DNA from: an archaeon
GTDB lineage: Archaea; Asgardarchaeota; Thorarchaeia; Thorarchaeales; Thorarchaeaceae
NCBI GenBank assembly: GCA_024275415.1
Contig: JAJRZD010000042.1
Span: 39,492 to 71,491 of the forward strand
Reading direction: 5' to 3'
DNA length: 32,000 nt
The translations under genes and the position numbers were made by a program. Below the pieces are notes generated by a model. The model saw nothing but the letters and a program-made list of their open reading frames with translations, ran no database searches and was not told the origin of the DNA. Positions 10,028 to 17,714 of the stretch are shown here, in pieces (position 1 is the stretch's first letter; each line of letters begins with the position of its first letter).

Positions 10028-12664
10028 CTAAACCAATGGCTGATAGGTTCGATAGTCTTTAAGATTAACATCGGTCGAAGCGCCTTTCAGAATTTTCTGG
10101 ACACTCTCGAGAGCACCATATCGGAAGAGGGGACGGTTATTGTTCCCACAGTAATATGAATAGGTGCATAGAGGGCACCCATCATCCGTTCTGCAATCAC
10201 ACTTCGCCAGAATGACCTCAGTTCGATGCAGGGCTTCCTCAAACCGCCTGAAGAGGAGTTTGGACGCACCATTTCCTCCAGGACTCGCATCATGGACGAA
10301 TATGATACCAGAATCGCCCATTGAAACTCCCCCAATCTCACGTGCACCTCCTCCAGTCAGCATATCGCTAGACTCTATCACAACATGCTCGAGTGCATGG
10401 AATGACCCTCCGAACAGTTCGACAGGCCCCATTGTTGGACCAGAAGAACGCTTCAAACGGCCGGCAAGGTACTCGCTAATCGATGTTCCAGGCTCGGGAG
10501 CTCTAAATGTGAAACCACGAGTCAGGTATTTGTAAGTCAATGGTGAGGGAAGTTCGGAGCTTTGGAGTACACGCCAGCTCCTCGTGTCCTTTTTGACATA
10601 CCCAAAAACGGTCTGGGTCATTTCCAACGTGCAATAGGACATGGTCATCCCATGAACCCTTCGTGTTTCGTGGACCTCGATGATTCTTGGCATAGTGCCG
10701 TAGAGAGGTTTTGTATGTGCACTTCGGTCATTAAGTGGAACTACAGTGGCCTTTCCCAGCCCGGGTCGGTATTTGAAATCCACAGAAAGGTAATTCTTGC
10801 CACCGTGGAGATAGATTGCCCCTGGATGCAGTTCTTGGGCCGCCATTGGCATCGTCCGTTCACCAAGCTTTCGGCCCTGGAGCTTGATCTCTACTGTGTC
10901 GCCAATCCCACGGATGCTATAGCCTCGCCATTCCTTTCTAGCCTGTTCAAAGTCTACAACACGCACTTTACCAGAATCATCAATGTACAGCAAGTCTTCG
11001 CCTACGAGCTCTTCAAGTATCTTCTTTTGCTTTGGGAAAAGGGACACATGCAGCTTGCCACTCATCGCAGCAGCCAATAATTGGTATCTCCCAACTACCT
11101 CATTCTCGGGCTCCATGTAAGCTGCGTCCACATCAGTGAAGTACTTCTCGGGTTTGTGGCGGTAGAACGAGGATATTGGATCCTTCTCTCGAAGGGCTAG
11201 TACTGCTACACTTTCCTGCCCTTTTCTCCCAGCACGCCCAATCCGTTGTGTCAGCCGTGTGATAGACACTATCATGCTGACAACCGCATCGAGGTCACCT
11301 ATGTCAATTCCTAGTTCAAGAGTTGGCGTGGAAACTAGGACAGGGAGTTTTCCAGAGCGGAACTTGCTCTCAACTTCATTCCGGTAGGACTTGGAAAGCC
11401 CAGCACGGTGTACCATCGACCGTATCCCAGTATCACTGATCAGGACATTAAGTACCTCTGCCTCAGAATGGGTATTGCCAAAGACAAGGGTCTGGAATTT
11501 ACCACGGTTCAATGCCTTGACGATATCTACTATCATACTGTACTTGCTTCTGTGTCCGGGATAGTACATGAGAAAATGGATAGGGCCTCTCTTTGCACTC
11601 TTTGATTCTATCAGGCGTACCTCTCCATCGAAAAGCATCTCGGCATACTCTTTTGGGTTTGCAATGGTAGCCGAAGCACCTATCCGTTGGAACCTGCCGG
11701 TTTCCATCTCAAGTCGCTTCAGGATGTAATAGATGTTCGTTCCCATCGAACCGGTGTAGAGGTGTATCTCATCGAGGACGACGTACTTGACTGTTCGTAA
11801 TAAGGGAACAAGACGTGAGCGGCTCCAACCGAGATGGTAGTGTAAGACATCAGGATTTGTGAGGAGAATGTCTGGTGGTGAGTCATACATCTTCTGTCGT
11901 TGCGTGGTAGAAACATCCCCATCAAAGATTCCAGCCTTGAGGCTGGCAATATCACAGAGTGCCTTGATTTTCTCGAATTGATCACGTGCCAGTGCCTTAG
12001 TGGGATACAGAAGCAGTGCCCGGACTCCCGGATTACCAACTGTTTCTTGAACTGCAAGTAGTATGTTCCGGATGATGGGGAGGACGAATCCCTCGGTCTT
12101 TCCCTGTGCGGTCGGTGCAGCAATGATGACATCATGACCGTTGCAAATCGCATCAAAGGATTCCTCTTGGAATTTGTAGAGGCGTTTGAACCTTTTTGAA
12201 ACGAGATAGTCCTTCAATCGGTGTGGCAGCTTGAGGTCGTCTAGACTAGCACCATATTCTGCTTTACTTGCAGGGATGTACTTGTAACTTACGAGAAAGT
12301 CCCTACCCATCAAAACCATGTCACGAACGGCATCGGGTAGATCATCGATATCCAGCCCACCCTCACGAATAATCTTTAAGATCTCAGACTCGGGCTGAAC
12401 CCTATCGCCGGAATATGCCTTCTTTTGTACCCGACTTCCTTTCGAAGTGATTATCGGCCCTGATAATCGGTTCGGACGGCTAGAAGATGAAAGAGTCTCA
12501 TTTGTCAAAGCTGTGATATAGGCGTCATATGCATCAAAGAAATCCTTATTCTTTCCGGCTACCTTTGTTTCTGCGTTGCACCCATAACATCGTACAGTCC
12601 ATATATGTCCCCCTCTCTGGATTTCCAGCTTTGAGCCACGCTTTGGGCAATGCATGACTGGCAT
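10028..12664 (-). CDS. DEAD/DEAH-box SF2 helicase with DUF1998 zinc-binding C-terminus (Hrq1/SftH-like)
   Basis: APTAQGKT, YPTKALARDQ, DEIH, SATIANP, STPTLELGIDIG, QRIGRAGR, FHALEH, DASPGGNG and C-x-C-x4-GCPLC. Confidence 0.9.
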   Translation of the reverse strand: MPVMHCPKRGSKLEIQRGGHIWTVRCYGCNAETKVAGKNKDFFDAYDAYITALTNETLSSSSRPNRLSGPIITSKGSRVQKKAYSGDRVQPESEILKIIREGGLDIDDLPDAVRDMVLMGRDFLVSYKYIPASKAEYGASLDDLKLPHRLKDYLVSKRFKRLYKFQEESFDAICNGHDVIIAAPTAQGKTEGFVLPIIRNILLAVQETVGNPGVRALLLYPTKALARDQFEKIKALCDIASLKAGIFDGDVSTTQRQKMYDSPPDILLTNPDVLHYHLGWSRSRLVPLLRTVKYVVLDEIHLYTGSMGTNIYYILKRLEMETGRFQRIGASATIANPKEYAEMLFDGEVRLIESKSAKRGPIHFLMYYPGHRSKYSMIVDIVKALNRGKFQTLVFGNTHSEAEVLNVLISDTGIRSMVHRAGLSKSYRNEVESKFRSGKLPVLVSTPTLELGIDIGDLDAVVSMIVSITRLTQRIGRAGRKGQESVAVLALREKDPISSFYRHKPEKYFTDVDAAYMEPENEVVGRYQLLAAAMSGKLHVSLFPKQKKILEELVGEDLLYIDDSGKVRVVDFEQARKEWRGYSIRGIGDTVEIKLQGRKLGERTMPMAAQELHPGAIYLHGGKNYLSVDFKYRPGLGKATVVPLNDRSAHTKPLYGTMPRIIEVHETRRVHGMTMSYCTLEMTQTVFGYVKKDTRSWRVLQSSELPSPLTYKYLTRGFTFRAPEPGTSISEYLAGRLKRSSGPTMGPVELFGGSFHALEHVVIESSDMLTGGGAREIGGVSMGDSGIIFVHDASPGGNGASKLLFRRFEEALHRTEVILAKCDCRTDDGCPLCTYSYYCGNNNRPLFRYGALESVQKILKGASTDVNLKDYRTYQPLV

Positions 12665-12886
12665 GATACCACCGATGTTATCTCATTGCATTTGCTGCGA
12701 CTTAAAATCTTGTCATTATGTTACTTTTCGAGGTCATATGAACAATTACATAAGCCAATGTTGGAGTTATCCGCGGGACACACGGTTGTTCATAACCATT
12801 GCACAACTCTTATAAGCTTAGGTTTTGAGTGTCAATTGTGCAGTATTAATGCACAACCGAATAATCCGTAAAGGGAGATAAATCAA

Positions 12887-13249
12887 ATGGTCGAAGAAAT
12901 AACAGCGGATCAACTAAGCGAGGTCTTAGAGTCAAACAGGGTTGTGTTCGTGGATTGTCATGCTACTTGGTGTGGTCCATGTAAGACATTGTCGCCCATA
13001 ATGGAAGAGATTGACGCTAAGTATGGCGATAAAGGCGTGAAAGTTGTCAAGATTGATGTTGATCAGAACAGGCAGTTCAGCATGGAAAACCAGATTACAG
13101 GCGTTCCTAGCGTGCTTGTATATTCCGAGGGCAGAAGGGTCGTTTTCGATGATGGAAGCGGACGCAAAATGGACAAATTGGTCGGTGTAATGCCACCTGA
13201 AGTGTACAGCCAGATAGCTGAGAACCTCCTTGAGGAAGCTCCGGCATAG
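12887..13249 (+). CDS. trxA: Thioredoxin
   Basis: WCGPC active site, VKIDVDQN, GVPS cis-Pro motif; GGAG SD upstream. Confidence 0.92.
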   Translation: MVEEITADQLSEVLESNRVVFVDCHATWCGPCKTLSPIMEEIDAKYGDKGVKVVKIDVDQNRQFSMENQITGVPSVLVYSEGRRVVFDDGSGRKMDKLVGVMPPEVYSQIAENLLEEAPA

Positions 13250-13378
13250 GACAGAAAACACACGGGGGAACACGGGATCCCCCATTCTATTAATTTTTCA
13301 TTTCAACGAATCAGAGTAGTACGCAGATACATTCATAGGGTGCCTTTGAAAAAGCCTCTTAGAAGGATGTGAGAAAAC

Positions 13379-13744
13379 GTGGTTCGTGATATAACACCCG
13401 ATGAAGCAGCTGAGATGATTGAGAATACAAAAATCCTATTCATAGACTGTTGGGCACCGTGGTGTGGGCCATGTCTTGCCTTGGCCCCAACAATGGAGGA
13501 GTTGGAAGAGAAATACAAGGACAATAGGGACATCGAGTTTGTGAAGATTAACACGCAGAATCACAGACAGTTCGCCATGGACAATAATATCGTAGCGATC
13601 CCTTGTGTCCTTGTGTTCAAGGACGGAAAGCCTGCATCCTTCAAGATTGAGGATGCCAGATCCAAAAATCAAGTCACAACTGATAGATTAATTGGTCTGC
13701 GGCCCATAGAACATTATGAGGCAGTGATTGATCAACTGCTGTGA
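13379..13744 (+). CDS. trxA: Thioredoxin (tandem paralog)
   Basis: WAPWCGPC, FVKIN, AIPC; GTG start. Confidence 0.9.
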   Translation: MVRDITPDEAAEMIENTKILFIDCWAPWCGPCLALAPTMEELEEKYKDNRDIEFVKINTQNHRQFAMDNNIVAIPCVLVFKDGKPASFKIEDARSKNQVTTDRLIGLRPIEHYEAVIDQLL

Positions 13745-13754
13745 GGTGTTAAGG

Positions 13755-14279
13755 ATGCCAATTCTACCATTCGGAAACCATGCACCAAAGATAGACCCCG
13801 ATGCTTATGTAAGTGCACAAGCAACCATCATCGGCAATGTGGAGATTAGCTCTAATGCCAACATTTGGCCGGGTGCGGTAATCAGGGGGGATCAAGCTCA
13901 AGTAAGGATAGGAGAGGGCTCTTGCATTCAAGACAGTGTCGTTATTCACGCACATAATCCAGACAATCCGGCGATACTTGGAAATAGCACCATAATAGGG
14001 ACAGCAGCGGTATTGCATGGAGTATACATAGGAGATTATGCCAGCGTTGGTGAGGGATGTGCCCTTTTTGATGGAGCGACTCTAGGAGAGGGAGTCCTTC
14101 TTACACCTGGAAGCATCGTCCCCGGAAATGTCGTCATACCTCCAAGAAGCCTCAACTCGGGTGTGCCAGCAGCTCAGATTCGGGAGATAACCCGAGAAGA
14201 AGTAGAAAAGCAAAAGGCAAAGGCAGAAACTATCGCCGCAGTCTTTCAGAAGCTCAAGGGCTGGCAGCTAACAATCTAA
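13755..14279 (+). CDS. Gamma-carbonic-anhydrase-like hexapeptide-repeat protein (YrdA/CaiE family)
   Basis: PKIDPDAYV, IIGNVEI, IWPGAVIRGD, IQDSVVIH, VLHG and left-handed beta-helix repeats; GAGGTG SD before ATG 13755. Confidence 0.88.
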   Translation: MPILPFGNHAPKIDPDAYVSAQATIIGNVEISSNANIWPGAVIRGDQAQVRIGEGSCIQDSVVIHAHNPDNPAILGNSTIIGTAAVLHGVYIGDYASVGEGCALFDGATLGEGVLLTPGSIVPGNVVIPPRSLNSGVPAAQIREITREEVEKQKAKAETIAAVFQKLKGWQLTI

Positions 14280-15407
14280 TCAAACTATATCACGAGCAAG
14301 GGTGTTGCTACTCTCATATCCATCTTCAGTGATGAATACTACATCGGCAATCTTCGAACCACCTAACGAGGGATCATAGCATGAAGGATGGATAGAAAAG
14401 ACCATTCCAGGCCGAAGAGTGGTCTGCCCACCTAGCAATATATGAGGTGGTTCTCGCAGATCAAGCCCTATTGAGCTACCAAGTGGCTGTAGGATATTCC
14501 TGTGAGAACAGACTCCTTCAGCCACCGAAACCGCATTCTGTGCAAGCTCATCAACTAATACACCTGGCGCAAGATGTTGTTGGATAGCTTCAAAGACACG
14601 CAGATTTGTTTGAAACATCTCGTTTTGCATCTTTGATGGTTTGCCTAGATGTATCGTTCGGGCGACTTCTGCAAAATAGCCCCTGTGGCTAACCGTGATG
14701 TCAATCACTACAAGTTCATCATCACTGAGTCGCTGCGGCCCAGGGGTTGCAATGGGGAAACGGGCGGACTTGCCTGACAGAATGGCAGCTCTGATACCAC
14801 GAAGATGCCCACCCGCGTTGCGCATAGCAGACTCGACTTCTATCGAAACGTCGATTTCCGACTTTTCTGGCGACACTATCTCAAGTGCGGTCATGATGCC
14901 AATCTCAGCTATACGGACTGCATTGGATATCATGTCGATTTCTGATGGGTCTTTTATCTGCCTCAGTTTCCACAGTGATGACGAGAAATCTTTGAAACCT
15001 GCCTCTGGTAGTGCAGCCTTCAGCCGTTCAAATTCCCTGACAGATAGCCATTCCAGTTGTAATCCAATCATCCCAGACTGCATGCCTGTTGCGGCTATTT
15101 CTGAAACCACATGATCCCAGAAAGCGGTGCTATGTTGGGGATACCAAGTGTCCGTGTCATTGTTCGTGAAAGGACGGATCTCGGACATCACCGAATTCTG
15201 CCCAAGCAGTTCTGATTGCATCTCGGAGATTAGAAGTCGAGGAATGTCATTGGCAGAAACGATGCATGCAGTAGGGAGGTATTTCTTCTGCGCCTGATAT
15301 CCTGTCAGGTATTGCACATCCTGAGTGCGAGTAATGAGAAGAAGATCGACCTCTTCATGCTGCATTGAGTGGTGTACTCGATCTAGTCGTTGAGAAGTGA
15401 ATAGCAT
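14280..15407 (-). CDS. Xaa-Pro peptidase/creatinase (M24B)-fold protein with degenerate metal site
   Basis: Creatinase-N domain (DVQYLTGY), RQIKDPSEI, GY.AEVART, GLDLREPP, LRPGMVFSI.P. Metal ligands largely substituted. Confidence 0.85.
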   Translation of the reverse strand: MLFTSQRLDRVHHSMQHEEVDLLLITRTQDVQYLTGYQAQKKYLPTACIVSANDIPRLLISEMQSELLGQNSVMSEIRPFTNNDTDTWYPQHSTAFWDHVVSEIAATGMQSGMIGLQLEWLSVREFERLKAALPEAGFKDFSSSLWKLRQIKDPSEIDMISNAVRIAEIGIMTALEIVSPEKSEIDVSIEVESAMRNAGGHLRGIRAAILSGKSARFPIATPGPQRLSDDELVVIDITVSHRGYFAEVARTIHLGKPSKMQNEMFQTNLRVFEAIQQHLAPGVLVDELAQNAVSVAEGVCSHRNILQPLGSSIGLDLREPPHILLGGQTTLRPGMVFSIHPSCYDPSLGGSKIADVVFITEDGYESSNTLARDIV

Positions 15408-15573
15408 TCTTTGAGGACTCTCGCTAATAGATTGTTTCTTCTCATCTGACAGGCGAGAAGAGTTTTTTCTCCTGCCGACTTTGTTCCACTTTTAAGCATC
15501 ACGACGTCGAACTCGGACTTGTTCCCGAAGAGCATCATCATCATCACCCGAATGCACCGGAAACGAGAAGCGA

Positions 15574-15684
15574 TGGTGGGACCGCCCGGATTCGAACCGG
15601 GGAAAACCAACTCCGCAGGCTGGCGCCTTATATGCATCTCACCACCAATGAAGTGTGATTGAGACCATGCTAGACTACGGCCCC
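15574..15684 (-). tRNA. tRNA-Arg(GCG) with 33-nt D-loop intron (15632-15664) and encoded CCA
   Basis: Acceptor GGGGCCG/CGGTCCC; D stem GTCT/AGGC; anticodon arm CCAGC-CTGCGGA-GTTGG; T arm CCCGG-TTCGAAT-CCGGG. Removing a BHB-bounded intron gives a 78-nt mature tRNA with D-loop AGCATGGATA. Confidence 0.93.
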
Positions 15685-15705
15685 AAGCCGTCGGCTCAAG
15701 ATTCA

Positions 15706-15713
15706 TTCATAAA
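15706..15713 (-). promoter_or_regulatory. Putative TATA box of tRNA-Arg(GCG)
   Basis: TTTATGAA 22-29 nt upstream of tRNA G1. Confidence 0.35.
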
Positions 15714-15818
15714 GATTGTTGTTAGAAAGCCTGAAGTCCAAGGAGAACTCATCAGGTTTCACAATGACGATTCCACACTTCTTCTGGTATAACGAATTGG
15801 GTTAGAATCGTGTTACTT

Positions 15819-16433
15819 CTAAGAGGAGTATGTGGCATTAAGGCTTTGAATTCTCAAAGAACAGGGATTCTCCAACGAGGTTCCACCAATGGCGGAAGAA
15901 CCACTAAGAATGATTGTTAGTCTTACACCAATCCAGTATTGAGAGTTCTCCAAAACTGTAAAGTGGCTGTTGGCGCTCACCGACCTCGATACGTTTGCTT
16001 GTTTGGTATTTGAGGAAACAGATGCATTAAACACATCCATTCGATCTATTTCGTTGTAATACGCTCCAAAGATCAAATAGCTTACTATCAAAGTGACACT
16101 TGAAAGATAGCCTGATTGCATATAGTAGGTAAGATTCCATTCAGAGGTTATCGAGATGATGCTCTGGGCCGTTGAGTTAAACGGAATTGTATACTGAACA
16201 TAAGAGGATTTATGGGAGGAGAGATATCCTTGATTTCCTCTAATAGTTAGGACTCTTTCTTCTTGGTTCATACCCACATGAACGAACACACGTGCATCCT
16301 GATTGTAAAAATTATCACCTTCAATTGTATCCATCCGTGAGTCCCAGATCAACCAGCTTGTAGGAATAAGTATCAAGAACAACACACAGATGCCAAATAC
16401 CAGCTTTTTCCTAGACGTTATTCCCGAGTTCAT
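15819..16433 (-). CDS. Secreted/membrane-anchored beta-rich hypothetical protein
   Basis: Basic residues followed by a hydrophobic N-terminal segment (RKKLVFGICVLFLILIP); S/T/N-rich with several N-x-S/T sequons. Confidence 0.75.
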   Translation of the reverse strand: MNSGITSRKKLVFGICVLFLILIPTSWLIWDSRMDTIEGDNFYNQDARVFVHVGMNQEERVLTIRGNQGYLSSHKSSYVQYTIPFNSTAQSIISITSEWNLTYYMQSGYLSSVTLIVSYLIFGAYYNEIDRMDVFNASVSSNTKQANVSRSVSANSHFTVLENSQYWIGVRLTIILSGSSAIGGTSLENPCSLRIQSLNATYSS

Positions 16434-16727
16434 TTTCTGACTGCCTTACGAGAATTTGATCTTTTACATTTCTCGTGCGAATTTCTTGTTTCAAGGAGTT
16501 ATAATTCTATCTTCAAAAGGGGCCCTGAAAAGCCAAGAAGAATTTGCTCAGTCTTAGTGGTACCGAAAATTAACCAACGCACGTTCATATTTGTTGAATA
16601 TCTGTTTCATTCTACTCTGCTTATGATAGCAAATTCAGACATTTCAAACAACTCTGATTTGTAAGGTAACAAAACATTTGAGACAAGTGGGAGCCACAGG
16701 AGACCATCACATGAAAACGTGATTAAG

Positions 16728-16892
16728 ATGATGAGCTCCGTGACTCACCGAGAACGAATTGTGAAGTATGCCCTTAAGAAATCTGTGACTGCCGCCTCCA
16801 TGGTGTTCAGTGTTTCGAGGTCCTCCGTCTACCCTTGGCGCAAATTGGTGCTGTATAAAGTGATTGTTTTCAAACAGGCAGGAGATTTGTAA
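16728..16892 (+). pseudogene. Truncated transposase N-terminal HTH (IS481/IS630-like) remnant
   Basis: Manual translation MMSSVTHRERIVKYALKKSVTAASMVFSVSRSSVYPWRK... matches the 'R.RIV......GV..AA..F.VSR.+VY.W.K' transposase HTH pattern. No DDE core follows; 54 aa, below the track cutoff. Confidence 0.6.
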
Positions 16893-17567
16893 TTGAAGAA
16901 GCAGAATAATAGATTAATTGTGATTGGAATTACAATCCTCTTTCTAATGCCCCATCTGAGTACAATACTAGCAGGTTCCTCATCAAACCTTACTAAAAGG
17001 CATTTGATCCCTGCATACTTAGAGTCCACACCATTCGATGAGGATAGAGCTTATGAAACTCCAGTTTCCGGGGTTATTACAGTTGTTAGTGCTGATTCAA
17101 GTACTGGCGATGCACAAATAGAAGGATCTACGAATTGGCCATTGACTGGATTGGGCACTTGGCATGCGTATGTATATGTACACATACAGATTATCCCTAC
17201 ACTGCTCAATCAGAAAGTGAAGATTGGATTTTCGGGATTGCTAAGTTACAAACTGGAAAGTTTTTGGCAAGGATCCGGTTCCATTGATATATCAGTAGTC
17301 TTACTCTCGGCCGCAGAAACTGAGCTGGATAGTCATTTGATATGGGCAGACTCGGTTTACGATTCGGAGGCATCGGGAACACCAGTCTGGAGTTCAAGCA
17401 CTACATATAAACTGGACGGCGAATTTACTCTTCAATATGGTCAAACGTATTATCTAGCTGTTCGATTACATGTAGTACTTGATAACAATGGCGGGATTCA
17501 CTCAGCGACAGGTGTAGACCCTGCATACCTTGATGTAAGCGCAATTCGGTATTATTTCTACACATAA
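16893..17567 (+). CDS. Secreted beta-rich hypothetical protein (paralog of 15819-16433)
   Basis: Signal-peptide-like MKKQNNRLIVIGITILFLM; C-terminal FT......YYLAVRL motif shared with the 204-aa protein. TTG start. Confidence 0.75.
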   Translation: MKKQNNRLIVIGITILFLMPHLSTILAGSSSNLTKRHLIPAYLESTPFDEDRAYETPVSGVITVVSADSSTGDAQIEGSTNWPLTGLGTWHAYVYVHIQIIPTLLNQKVKIGFSGLLSYKLESFWQGSGSIDISVVLLSAAETELDSHLIWADSVYDSEASGTPVWSSSTTYKLDGEFTLQYGQTYYLAVRLHVVLDNNGGIHSATGVDPAYLDVSAIRYYFYT

Positions 17568-17576
17568 CAGATTAGT

Positions 17577-17600
17577 TGAAGATGCGCTAGTGCATCTTCA
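17577..17600 (+). terminator. Hairpin after secreted-protein gene
   Basis: TGAAGATGC-(6 nt)-GCATCTTCA perfect 9-bp inverted repeat, starting 9 nt after the stop. Confidence 0.4.
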
Positions 17601-17714
17601 CATTTATCTTATTCAGATGCTCAGCGAATTAATAATTGAGGTTTCAAATCACAAGCATGAGGAATTTAAGCAATTACATGCGCAATATTATCGTATAGTG
17701 TAGGGGCCTGAAAG

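Noticed and set aside
1115-12156. Numerous 60-195 aa antisense or alternate-frame ORFs (e.g. 1115-1621, 7033-7620, 10562-11080)
   Set aside because: They are shadows of well-supported genes and show no recognisable motifs.
15383-15706. 107-aa ORF; likewise the 96-aa ORF at 23470-23760
   Set aside because: Both overlap tRNA genes and have no protein motifs.
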